This document shows positions 14,648 to 23,011 of a DNA stretch of 32,000 nt, one piece after another. The stretch is taken from NCBI RefSeq assembly GCF_000009705.1, contig NC_003272.1, forward strand, positions 870,001 to 902,000, given 5' to 3'. The stretch's first letter is position 1. Each line of letters starts with the position of its first letter. The stretch comes from Nostoc sp. PCC 7120 = FACHB-418. GTDB taxonomy: Bacteria > Cyanobacteriota > Cyanobacteriia > Cyanobacteriales > Nostocaceae. The position numbers were made by a program, and so were the translations under genes. A model generated the notes under the pieces. It worked only from the letters and a program-made list of their open reading frames with translations, was not told the origin of the DNA and made no database searches.

Positions 14648-15238
14648 ATGAGCAAAACTACCAGACAAGCAACAACCAGAAGCTACAAGAAGACTCGATT
14701 CCCATTGTCGATGTGCTTATCTCCCACTTCTTTAAAAGCTCTGTTTTGGTGGCTGCTATTGTTGGGGATAATGACACTATATATATTCCTGGGTTTAGGA
14801 AGCCTAACCTCGCAAACAGTAATTGCTGCTGTCAATCAGTCAGAAGCAGCATCAAAAGAAATTCTTTATCGCTCACTCACAAAATTAGATGATCAATTAG
14901 GACACGTTTGGCAGGTTGTACTATTCAAGCAAGTTTATCCTGGTCAAGCCCAAACTGTAAATCTGCGGCTCGTAGGCTTTCCCGGTTCTGCCGAGTTACC
15001 TCATCCCCAACCCTTAAAGATTACCACTGCCACAGGCAAAGTTTTGACTGCTGCCGATGTGTTCCTAGATGAAGCACCAGCACCAACTATCGGTCAGTAT
15101 GACTTTAAAGATATATTGCCCCAACTATCCATAGAACCGTTAGTTTTAAGTATCCCTTTACCCGGCGATACCATCAATATTTCAGTCCCCCAACGGGTAG
15201 TCCAAGATTGGCAGAAAGTCATCAATGGGGAGTCATGA
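14648..15238 (+). CDS. Cyanobacterial membrane-anchored protein of unknown function embedded in the hox operon (possibly DUF3122)
   Basis: The ATG at 14648 lies 9 nt after AGGAGG (14634-14639). The protein has a basic N-terminus, one hydrophobic helix (LKALFWWLLLLGIMTLYIFLGLGSL) and a ~130-aa soluble domain. Confidence 0.6.
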   Translation: MSKTTRQATTRSYKKTRFPLSMCLSPTSLKALFWWLLLLGIMTLYIFLGLGSLTSQTVIAAVNQSEAASKEILYRSLTKLDDQLGHVWQVVLFKQVYPGQAQTVNLRLVGFPGSAELPHPQPLKITTATGKVLTAADVFLDEAPAPTIGQYDFKDILPQLSIEPLVLSIPLPGDTINISVPQRVVQDWQKVINGES

Positions 15239-15274
15239 GTGCTGAGTGGGGAGGCAGGGGAAGTAAAGAAGAAT

Positions 15275-15331
15275 GACTATGGACTATGGACTAATGACCT
15301 TTTTTGAATTTTGAATTTTGAATTTTGAATT
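15275..15331. repeat. Two adjacent heptamer arrays: (GACTATG)x3.5 then (TTTTGAA)x4.3, ending 3 nt before the hoxY ATG
   Basis: GACTATGGACTATGGACTAATGACC occupies 15275-15299. TTTTGAATTTTGAATTTTGAATTTTGAATT occupies 15302-15331. Confidence 0.9.
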
Positions 15332-15334
15332 ATT

Positions 15335-15880
15335 ATGTCTCGCCTGAAGTTAGCAACAGTATGGTTAGGTGGATGTTCTGGCTGTCATATGTCCTTTCTT
15401 GATTTGGACGAATGGCTGATTGATTTAGCTGCACAGGCAGATATAGTCTTTAGTCCCTTTGCAGATATTAAAGAATATCCAGAGGGTGTAGATGTGGTAT
15501 TGGTGGAAGGAGCGATCGCCAATGAAGAACATCTGACTACAATCAAGATTGTCAGGGAACGTTCTCAAATATTGATTTCCTTTGGTGACTGTGCGGTAAC
15601 TGGTAACGTCACCGCCTTACGTAATCCCTTGGGTAGTGCTGAATCAGTCTTACAACGTTGTTACATCCAAGCAGCCGATATCAACCCTCAAATTCCTCAC
15701 GAGCCAGGAATCGTACCGTCTTTATTGGATAGAGTCACACCTGTACACTCCATAGTCCCCGTAGATATTTATTTACCAGGTTGTCCACCCTCTGCAACCC
15801 GGATTAGAGCAGCTTTAGAACCACTGTTACAAGGCGAAACACCACATTTAGCAGGGCGGGAATTTATCAAATTTGGCTAA
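15335..15880 (+). CDS. hoxY: [NiFe] hydrogenase small subunit HoxY
   Basis: The 181-aa product has LGGCSGCHMSFLD, GDCA and LPGCPP, which are the proximal-cluster Cys motifs of group 3d small subunits. Confidence 0.9.
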   Translation: MSRLKLATVWLGGCSGCHMSFLDLDEWLIDLAAQADIVFSPFADIKEYPEGVDVVLVEGAIANEEHLTTIKIVRERSQILISFGDCAVTGNVTALRNPLGSAESVLQRCYIQAADINPQIPHEPGIVPSLLDRVTPVHSIVPVDIYLPGCPPSATRIRAALEPLLQGETPHLAGREFIKFG

Positions 15881-15958
15881 TATATTGATTTTGAATTTTG
15901 TTGGCGCAGCCTTGCCGTAGGCTATTTTGAATTCCCCAAAGGGGTTAACAGGGTAATT

Positions 15959-16573
15959 ATGTTAAAAGCATCAGACGTTATGACAAAAGATGTGGCTACT
16001 ATTCGTAGTTCCGCAACTGTAGCTGAAGCCGTGAAATTAATGCGCGCTAGAGATTGGCGGGCGCTAATTGTAGACCGTCGCCACGAACAAGATGCTTACG
16101 GCATTATTAGTGAGAGCGATATTGTTTATAAAGTCATTGCCTATGGTAAAGACCCTAATAAAATACGAGTTTACGAAGTCATGAGCAAGCCTTGTATCGC
16201 TATCAATCCCGACCTTGGTTTAGAGTACGTAGCTCGATTATTTGCTGATTACGGTCTCCACAGAGCGCCTGTGATTCAAGGCGATTTGCGAGGTATTATC
16301 TCTCTGACTGATATTTTGGCTCAGAGTGACTTTCTGGAACAGCCCTACACCATTCTATTAGAACAACAATTACAAGACGAAATTAAAAAAGCTCGTGCTG
16401 TGTGTACTCAAACAGGGATTAACTCCGAAGAATGCGCCGCCGCCTGGGATGCAGTGGAAGAAATGCAGGCAGAAATAGCACACCAACGAGCCGAAAAAGT
16501 TAGCAAAACCGCTTTTGAAGATTACTGCGACGAGTACCCAGAGGCGTTAGAAGCTCGGCTTTATGAATTGTAG
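15959..16573 (+). CDS. CBS-pair protein fused to a C-terminal CP12 domain (CBS-CP12)
   Basis: The N-terminal ~125 aa form a CBS pair. The C-terminal part reads C149-x9-C159-AAAWDAVEEM...FEDYCDEYPEALEARLYEL. It has the CP12 core AWD.VEE and the C-terminal box, with the second Cys replaced by Ala. Confidence 0.8.
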   Translation: MLKASDVMTKDVATIRSSATVAEAVKLMRARDWRALIVDRRHEQDAYGIISESDIVYKVIAYGKDPNKIRVYEVMSKPCIAINPDLGLEYVARLFADYGLHRAPVIQGDLRGIISLTDILAQSDFLEQPYTILLEQQLQDEIKKARAVCTQTGINSEECAAAWDAVEEMQAEIAHQRAEKVSKTAFEDYCDEYPEALEARLYEL

Positions 16574-16577
16574 AAGT

Positions 16578-16613
16578 CATTGGTCAGTTGTCAGTTGTCG
16601 TTGGTCATTAGTT
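16578..16613. repeat. STRR-like heptamer stretch (TTGGTCA / GTTGTCA variants)
   Basis: CATTGGTCAGTTGTCAGTTGTCGTTGGTCATTAGTT lies directly after the CBS-CP12 stop. Confidence 0.7.
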
Positions 16614-16614
16614 A

Positions 16615-16749
16615 ACGCGATGTGCAACTTATTTTTGAAACCCCTCTCCAAACCTCTCCCCGAAGCGGAGAGAGGCTTTGAATCTTGCTCCCCTTCCCTC
16701 GCAGGGAAGGGGTTGGGGGTTAGGTTTGAGAGAAAGTTGCACACGGCGT
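16615..16749. mobile_element. 135-bp MITE with terminal inverted repeats and a 6-bp target-site duplication
   Basis: The TIRs ACGCGATGTGCAACTT (16615-16630) and AAGTTGCACACGGCGT (16734-16749) are 14/16 complementary. Internal hairpins are CTCTCCCCGAAGCGGAGAGAG and CCCCTTCCCTCGCAGGGAAGGGG. TAGTTA flanks both ends (16609-16614 and 16750-16755). Confidence 0.8.
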
Positions 16750-16798
16750 TAGTTATTCTTCTTTGCCTCCCCTGCTTCCCTTGCACCCCCTGCGCCCT

Positions 16799-18250
16799 AT
16801 GTCTAAACGAATCGTCATCGACCCCGTTACCCGCATTGAAGGTCACGCCAAGATTAGTATCTACTTGGACGATACTGGACAGGTAAACGATGCGCGCTTT
16901 CATGTCACAGAATTTCGTGGGTTTGAAAAGTTTTGCGAAGGTCGTCCTTTGTGGGAAATGCCGGGGATTACAGCGCGGATTTGTGGTATTTGTCCGGTGA
17001 GTCACTTGTTGGCTTCTGCAAAAGCAGGCGATCGCATTTTATCTGTTACCATACCCCCAACAGCCACTAAACTCCGCCGGCTGATGAATTTGGGACAAAT
17101 CCTCCAATCCCATGCACTCAGTTTCTTTCACCTCAGCGCCCCAGATTTTTTGCTGGGAATGGATAGTGACCCCCAAAAGCGCAATATTTTCGGATTAATT
17201 GCAGCTCAACCAGAACTCGCCCGTGGTGGTATTCGTCTGCGCCAATTTGGGCAAGAAATAATTGAAGTGTTGGGAGGAGCAAAGATTCACCCGGCTTGGG
17301 CTGTTCCTGGCGGTGTGCGAGAACCCCTTTCTGCTGAAGGACGCACTCACATACAAGAACGCATCCCTGAAGCCCGGACTATTGCCTTGGATGCTTTGGA
17401 TAGATTCAAGAAACTGCTCAAAGATTATGAAAAGGAGGCGCAGACTTTTGGTAACTTCCCCAGCTTGTTTATGGGTTTAGTAACACCTGATGGCTTGTGG
17501 GAAACTTACGACGGATATATTCGTTTTGTGGATAGTGCAGGTAATATTATTGCTGATAAACTAGACCCCACACGTTATCAAGAATTTATTGGCGAAGCCG
17601 TCCAACCAGACTCTTATTTAAAATCGCCTTATTATCGACCTTTGGGTTATCCTGACCAACATGACCAATGTCGCATAGATAGCGGAATGTATCGAGTAGG
17701 GCCACTAGCGCGTCTCAATATTTGCAGTCATATTGGGACAACTTTAGCAGACCGTGAATTGCGAGAATTCCGCGAACTGACTTCAGGTACAGCCAAATCA
17801 TCGTTTTTCTACCACTATGCGCGTTTAATCGAAATTTTGGCTTGTATAGAACACATTGAAATCTTACTTAACGACCCAGATATTCTGTCAACTCGATTGC
17901 GTTCCGAAGCCGGTGTTAACCAATTAGAAGGTGTTGGTGTGAGTGAAGCACCAAGGGGTACATTATTTCATCATTATCAAGTCGATGAAAATGGCTTACT
18001 GCAAAAAGTGAATTTAATTATCGCTACTGGTCAAAACAATCTAGCAATGAATCGCACGGTAGCCCAAATTGCTCGACATTTCATTCAAGGTACAGAAATT
18101 CTTGAAGGAATGCTCAATCGTGTAGAAGCAGGAATCCGGGCTTTTGACCCCTGTTTAAGTTGTTCCACCCATGCAGCCGGACAAATGCCATTGCACATTC
18201 AATTAGTCGCAGCAGATGGAAATATTGTTAATCAAGTTTGGCGAGAGTAA
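16799..18250 (+). CDS. hoxH: [NiFe] hydrogenase large subunit HoxH
   Basis: [29 protein letters not shown] and the C-terminal DPCLSCSTH are followed by a 25-aa extension ([25 protein letters not shown]). That extension is the expected HoxW cleavage substrate. I place the start at the ATG at 16799 rather than 16763. Confidence 0.92.
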   Translation: MSKRIVIDPVTRIEGHAKISIYLDDTGQVNDARFHVTEFRGFEKFCEGRPLWEMPGITARICGICPVSHLLASAKAGDRILSVTIPPTATKLRRLMNLGQILQSHALSFFHLSAPDFLLGMDSDPQKRNIFGLIAAQPELARGGIRLRQFGQEIIEVLGGAKIHPAWAVPGGVREPLSAEGRTHIQERIPEARTIALDALDRFKKLLKDYEKEAQTFGNFPSLFMGLVTPDGLWETYDGYIRFVDSAGNIIADKLDPTRYQEFIGEAVQPDSYLKSPYYRPLGYPDQHDQCRIDSGMYRVGPLARLNICSHIGTTLADRELREFRELTSGTAKSSFFYHYARLIEILACIEHIEILLNDPDILSTRLRSEAGVNQLEGVGVSEAPRGTLFHHYQVDENGLLQKVNLIIATGQNNLAMNRTVAQIARHFIQGTEILEGMLNRVEAGIRAFDPCLSCSTHAAGQMPLHIQLVAADGNIVNQVWRE

Positions 18251-18256
18251 AAAATT

Positions 18257-18320
18257 AAGGGTATAGGGGTATGGGAATGTAGAAGTTAAGTTTTCAAAAC
18301 CCTCACACCCCTACACCCTT
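18257..18320. repeat. GGGTRTAGGGG hairpin element, copy 3 (possible bidirectional terminator between the convergent hoxH and RidA genes)
   Basis: AAGGGTATAGGGGT (18257-18270) pairs with ACCCCTACACCCTT (18307-18320), 13/14 complementary. No T-run follows. Confidence 0.55.
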
Positions 18321-18329
18321 GTATATTAA

Positions 18330-18887
18330 TTAACGATTTTCTGGAATCACCGCATAAGCATCAATTTCAAACAACATCCCATTAAGTGCAAGTCTAGGAA
18401 CAGGAATTAGGGTGTTGGCTGGTGGTCGAAACGGCCATAAATTTTGAATTTCTCTCCCTAAGGGAATCAATTTATCTTCAGTGTGATCAACTATAAGTAC
18501 AGTGGTTTTTACCACATCACTGGGTTTTGCACCAACTGCGTCTAAAGCAAAGCGGAGGTTTTGAAAAGCCCTGACTAACTGTGGTTCAAACTCCGTGGAG
18601 ACAAGCCTTCCGTACAAATCGGAACCAAATTGACCAGAAATATAGACAGTTCTCGTCCTTGCTGGTGTCACAGCTATATGACTATAACCATTTCGGGTTG
18701 CATCATATAAAGTTGGTGGGTTCACCAATTGCACCTCTTTTTTCTGTTGGGATGTAGCTATTACTCCCTTTTGTGTTCCGAGAAGAAAACCAGTACCTAG
18801 TCCACTACCTCCAAGCCACAAAAGCGTATTTCGTCGTGATAGCTTTGCTCTTAGTGAATTTACTGCACTGGTAAAACGTTCAGTCAT
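18330..18887 (-). CDS. RidA/YjgF/L-PSP family protein with an N-terminal twin-arginine-like signal
   Basis: The 185-aa product has SRRNTLLWLGGSGLGTGFLLG followed by a RidA-like core (YSHIAVT..VYISGQ...VVKTTVLIVD...PVPRLALNGMLFEIDAYA). Confidence 0.7.
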   Translation of the reverse strand: MTERFTSAVNSLRAKLSRRNTLLWLGGSGLGTGFLLGTQKGVIATSQQKKEVQLVNPPTLYDATRNGYSHIAVTPARTRTVYISGQFGSDLYGRLVSTEFEPQLVRAFQNLRFALDAVGAKPSDVVKTTVLIVDHTEDKLIPLGREIQNLWPFRPPANTLIPVPRLALNGMLFEIDAYAVIPENR

Positions 18888-19008
18888 TAAAACTCCTTAA
18901 ATATGAGTTGTTTGTTTTTCTCATACCTAGTTATATTATCTTTCTGGTTGGAGTAAAAAAGCACTAACAAATATATTGGTTTCAGGACACTTACGCAATC
19001 GCCTCTTC

Positions 19009-19896
19009 CTAACACCTTGCAGAACGGGGTAGCATAAATTTCTCACCTTCAGCCGCGAATTTCCCACGCACCATTAACACGGTGTCCTCTAATTTATGCG
19101 GTAATACTTGCACATTCTCGACATCAAGTAGTTCTGGATGAAAGTAAATGATTACTTCTGTAATTAATTGAGGTATTCTAGGCAATATATCTTTTAATGA
19201 GCATATCTTGGGTGATACTAAATCAAAAATATGTAATTTTTCACTTTCTATTTCTATACAGGCAATTAAGTCTAAATCTTCTGCATAATATAAGTTTCTA
19301 CTGCCTTCGTTAACAAAAAACACGGGCTTTTCATTCACTACCCCAACTACATGAGAAACTGGTGCGCGTGTTTCCAAAAGTCTATGGAGTAATGTTAAAT
19401 CTTGGTTGTCTGAAAAATCAAGGATTCTCCAGCCATCTACATTACCTTTGGAACTACACTGCACATGAAAAATATATTCTTCTACAACCCGAAAACCAAA
19501 AGGTAAATAATATTCTGGTTCTGGTGTTGTTAATACTAAAGTTTCATAAATTTGGTCGCAATATTCCAGTGCTTCCTCCATCACCTCCCGATAATAGCCT
19601 CGTCTCCGAAATTCCTCACGGGTAGCGACTCCGTGGATTCCACCAACTGTTACCCTTTGTCCCAAAATTACCATCGGAATTTCTAATACACCTACATGGG
19701 TAATAGCTACATCATCATGAAAGCGAATGAACGGAGTTGAAGCCTTTTCCCAGGGCGCACCTAATTTTCTGCCACATTCCGCTAAATCATTAAGTCCAGG
19801 GAATGTGGCTTCCATCAAGTCAAAAAGGCGATCGCCTATGGTGTCGCTTAAGTTAGGATCACTTGAGAATGAGCGTTTAAATCGATATTGAAACAT
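19009..19896 (-). CDS. GNAT family N-acetyltransferase (Eis-like, two-domain)
   Basis: The 295-aa product has an acetyl-CoA motif region IHGVATREEFRRRGYYREVMEEAL plus a C-terminal extension. Confidence 0.65.
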   Translation of the reverse strand: MFQYRFKRSFSSDPNLSDTIGDRLFDLMEATFPGLNDLAECGRKLGAPWEKASTPFIRFHDDVAITHVGVLEIPMVILGQRVTVGGIHGVATREEFRRRGYYREVMEEALEYCDQIYETLVLTTPEPEYYLPFGFRVVEEYIFHVQCSSKGNVDGWRILDFSDNQDLTLLHRLLETRAPVSHVVGVVNEKPVFFVNEGSRNLYYAEDLDLIACIEIESEKLHIFDLVSPKICSLKDILPRIPQLITEVIIYFHPELLDVENVQVLPHKLEDTVLMVRGKFAAEGEKFMLPRSARC

Positions 19897-19974
19897 ATTT
19901 GTAGTATCAACTAGCTACAGCAGTTTTATACTACAAATACTACATATAATCTGCTACCAATAATCAACAATTGT

Positions 19975-22725
19975 TCACAAAATCCCAATTACCAATTCCG
20001 CTTTCATAACACTTGCTTCGGCGGTGCGTTCTAGTTTAAAACCCAACTTTTCACAAACTCGCTGCATCCCATAATTATCAGCGAGGATGTCAGCCGTGAT
20101 GCGTTCGATTTGCTCATCGCGTCCAATTTGCACCAAGCGCTGCAACAATTCTCCACCTAAGCCTTGAGATTGATAGCGATCGCTTACTAACATAGCAAAC
20201 TCGGCTGTCTTTGTACCATGCAGTTTGCTTAACCTACCAACTGCCAAAATTTCCCCTTGAGATTCTATTACCAAAGCCATTTCTCGGTCATAGTCAATAA
20301 AGCAGATGCGGGTCAGTCGTTCGTGGGTGATGCGATGACTCAGTTTCATCAGGTGGAAGTAACGGAAATAAACGCTTTCTTCGGAAAGTGTCTTGTGGAA
20401 TTGTACTAATAATGGCTCATCTTCGGGACGAATGGGACGGATTGTTACAGGAGTCCCGTTTTTCATTGTCCACTCGTCTACATATTGGGTGGGGTATGGT
20501 CGAATTGCTAATTTTGGTAGTTGGTCTTCTGTCACGTTTGGTTCATGTAGTACCACCCGCGCATCTAGCGCAATCAGTGAAGAATTTTCACCCATAGGTG
20601 AAGCCAGCAAGGGATTAATATCAATTTCTTTAATCCAATGCTGTTCGACTACCAACTGACTAAACGCTACTAGTAGTTGTTCAAGTCCTTCCATATCGAC
20701 ACTTTGCCGTCCCCGCACACCTTTGAGGGCTTTGTAAATCTTGGTGTGTTCCATCATGCGCCGTGCCAATGTACTATTAAGGGGAGGAAGTGCGATCGCT
20801 CCATCTTGAAACACTTCGACTAATTGTCCGCCAGCACCAAACAACAACACTGGCCCAAATTGCGGGTCAAGGCTACTACCAATAATCAATTCGTAGCCAT
20901 CCGTTTTTACCATTGGCTGGATAGTCACACCCAAGAAATGCTCACTACCCGCTTTCTGTTCCACCGATTCAGCAATCATCCGATAAGCGCGGCGTACTGC
21001 GTCTGCATCTGGGAGGTTTAACTGGACACCACCCACATCAGTTTTATGGGTAATTGTGTGGGAATAGAGTTTGACAACAACTGGATAACCAATACTCTCA
21101 GCACATTTAATAGCCTCATCCTCAGTTTTAGCGACACAAGTAGCCACAATCGGGATGCCATAGGCTGCTAAAATTTGCTTGGACTCATATTCAGTTAAAA
21201 TTGTGCGTTTTGCCTGACGAGCTGTAGAGATAATCTTCTCTACTAAATTGCGGTCTGGTAAACCAGATGTAGTCTCTACGGGTAATACAGGCGTTTCGTA
21301 GATACCGCGCAGGTTGTAGCTGGATTGCCACATATAACTAAACACCCGCGCCGCCGTATCTGGATAAGCATAAGTAGGGATACGTTGACGATTGAGAATC
21401 ACTTCCCCAGTAGCCACATCTGCACCCCCCATCCAACTCGCCAGGATGGGTTTACCAGCAATTTGGGCGTAGGGTTTCAACTGTTCCGCCGTTTGGGTGG
21501 GGTCTGTCATGGCTTGGGGAGTGAGAATCACCAATAAACCATCACTATTGGTGTCTTTGGCTGCAATTTCTAAAGCTTGGGTGTAACGTTGGGGGTCAGC
21601 ATCACCAAGAATATCTATTGGGTTGGCGTGACTCCAGTGTGTAGGTAAGATTTGGTCAAGGGAGGTGATTGTTTCTGGGGAAATGGGGGCAATTTCGCCG
21701 CCAGTCTCAATTAAAGCATCTGTAGCCAGGACTCCAGGCCCGCCGGCATTGGTCAAAATCGTCAGTCGTGGGCCTTTGGGACGGGGTTGTTTTGCTAATA
21801 CTTCCGCCATATCGAACAAATCAGAAATACTATTTACCCGCAACACCCCACAACGCCGGAAAGCTGCATCTAAGACAGCATCACTCCCCGCCAATGCACC
21901 TGTATGAGATGCGGCGGCTTTGGCGGCTGCTTCTGTACGTCCGGCTTTAATCACAATTATCGGTTTGGTGAGTGCTACTTCTCGCGCCGCAGAAATAAAC
22001 GATCGCGCATCACCAATTGATTCCATATATATGACTATACTTTTAGTCTGGGGGTCATCACCCAGATAATAAATCAGGTCGCCCCAACCCACATCTAGCA
22101 TAGAACCGATAGAAACAAAGGCACTAAAACCCACATTTTCCCGCACACTCCAATCAAGAATAGCGGTACACAGTGCGCCACTTTGACTAAGAAAACCCAC
22201 GTTTCCAGAACGCGCCATTGAACTGGCGAAGGTTGCATTTAGTCCAGTGCGGGGACTCATCACACCCAAGCAGTTGGGGCCTATGATGCGAATGTTACCC
22301 CGTCGCGCCTCTTCTAGAATCTGCCTTTCTAAAGCTATACCTTCAGCACCAGCTTCTTTAAAGCCGGCAGAAATAATAATTACCCCTTGTACACCCGCAT
22401 CTACACACTCAGAAATAATCCCCGGTACTGTGGAGGCTGGGGTAGCGATAATTGCCAAATCTACGGTTTCGGGAATCGCCGCAATTGAAGGGTAGGCTTT
22501 AATTCCCAAAACACTATGACGTTTAGGATTGACGGGGAAAACAGTCCCACCAAAGGGGTTACTAATCAAGTTCCATAGGATGGTGCGTCCTACACTACCC
22601 ACCTTTTCACTCGCACCAATAATGGCGACACTTTGGGGAGCAAAGATGGCATCCAGGGGATTTGATTTCTCTGCCTGCAATATATCAGAGGTACGGTCAC
22701 TGCTTGGCTTGAGAGATTTTTGCAT
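19975..22725 (-). CDS. Pat/YfiQ-like protein acetyltransferase: NDP-forming acyl-CoA synthetase-like domains fused to a C-terminal GNAT
   Basis: It has a CoA-binding N-terminus ([22 protein letters not shown]), ligase-CoA domains, an ATP-grasp ([16 protein letters not shown]) and a C-terminal GNAT ([18 protein letters not shown]). I place the start at the ATG at 22725 (MQKSLKP). The longer ORF to 22791 reads through a heptamer repeat. Confidence 0.8.
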   Translation of the reverse strand: MQKSLKPSSDRTSDILQAEKSNPLDAIFAPQSVAIIGASEKVGSVGRTILWNLISNPFGGTVFPVNPKRHSVLGIKAYPSIAAIPETVDLAIIATPASTVPGIISECVDAGVQGVIIISAGFKEAGAEGIALERQILEEARRGNIRIIGPNCLGVMSPRTGLNATFASSMARSGNVGFLSQSGALCTAILDWSVRENVGFSAFVSIGSMLDVGWGDLIYYLGDDPQTKSIVIYMESIGDARSFISAAREVALTKPIIVIKAGRTEAAAKAAASHTGALAGSDAVLDAAFRRCGVLRVNSISDLFDMAEVLAKQPRPKGPRLTILTNAGGPGVLATDALIETGGEIAPISPETITSLDQILPTHWSHANPIDILGDADPQRYTQALEIAAKDTNSDGLLVILTPQAMTDPTQTAEQLKPYAQIAGKPILASWMGGADVATGEVILNRQRIPTYAYPDTAARVFSYMWQSSYNLRGIYETPVLPVETTSGLPDRNLVEKIISTARQAKRTILTEYESKQILAAYGIPIVATCVAKTEDEAIKCAESIGYPVVVKLYSHTITHKTDVGGVQLNLPDADAVRRAYRMIAESVEQKAGSEHFLGVTIQPMVKTDGYELIIGSSLDPQFGPVLLFGAGGQLVEVFQDGAIALPPLNSTLARRMMEHTKIYKALKGVRGRQSVDMEGLEQLLVAFSQLVVEQHWIKEIDINPLLASPMGENSSLIALDARVVLHEPNVTEDQLPKLAIRPYPTQYVDEWTMKNGTPVTIRPIRPEDEPLLVQFHKTLSEESVYFRYFHLMKLSHRITHERLTRICFIDYDREMALVIESQGEILAVGRLSKLHGTKTAEFAMLVSDRYQSQGLGGELLQRLVQIGRDEQIERITADILADNYGMQRVCEKLGFKLERTAEASVMKAELVIGIL

Positions 22726-22835
22726 AATTCGTAATTCGTAATTCGTAGTTCGTAATACCGCTACGCGGTTCGCGGTAGCGTTGCGTAGCAAGGCAAGCTA
22801 CGTAATTCGTAATTAAGTTGGTAGTTACGAATTAT
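22726..22835. repeat. Heptamer array (TAATTCG)x~4.5 plus GC-rich palindromic core and an inverted partial copy
   Basis: ATAATTCGTAATTCGTAATTCGTAGTTCGTAATACC is followed by GCTACGCGGTTCGCGGTAGCG, CGTAATTCGTAATT and GTTACGAATTAT. Confidence 0.75.
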
Positions 22836-22975
22836 GAGGACGCAACTATCTTGTAGGGCATTCTCAATTAAGAATTACGTTTGCTTGATGTTTTTACCTA
22901 TCTTTTGCTTCTTTTCTCAAGTTTAACAATATTTCCCAACTGATAAATTTAGATAAAATTTAAATTTTTATTCTT

Positions 22976-23007
22976 AATTTTGAATTTTGAATTTTGAATT
23001 TTGAATT
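22976..23007. repeat. Heptamer array (AATTTTG)x4.5 immediately 3' of the hoxW stop
   Basis: AATTTTGAATTTTGAATTTTGAATTTTGAATT ends 4 nt from the hoxW stop codon (23012-23014). Confidence 0.9.
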
Positions 23008-23011
23008 GGTA

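Noticed and set aside
14407-14892. 161-aa ORF overlapping the end of hoxU and the start of the next gene
   Set aside because: It is out of frame with two well-supported genes. Its middle is the purine-rich repeat (GEGEEAREQGAGSGGE), so its composition is low-complexity.
16763-16798. N-terminal extension of hoxH ([12 protein letters not shown])
   Set aside because: It is encoded by the C-rich repeat element. [16 protein letters not shown] from the ATG at 16799 is the canonical large-subunit N-terminus.
16563-17005. ORFs 16563-16886 (+) and 16577-17005 (-)
   Set aside because: Both are read through the STRR stretch and the MITE (the PLSKPLPEAERGFESCSPSLAGKGLGVRF-type translation is typical of repeat-derived pseudo-ORFs). 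Both overlap the well-supported hoxH start.
22726-22791. N-terminal extension of the Pat-like gene ([22 protein letters not shown])
   Set aside because: It reads through the TAATTCG heptamer array and the GC-rich palindrome. The ATG at 22725 is more plausible.
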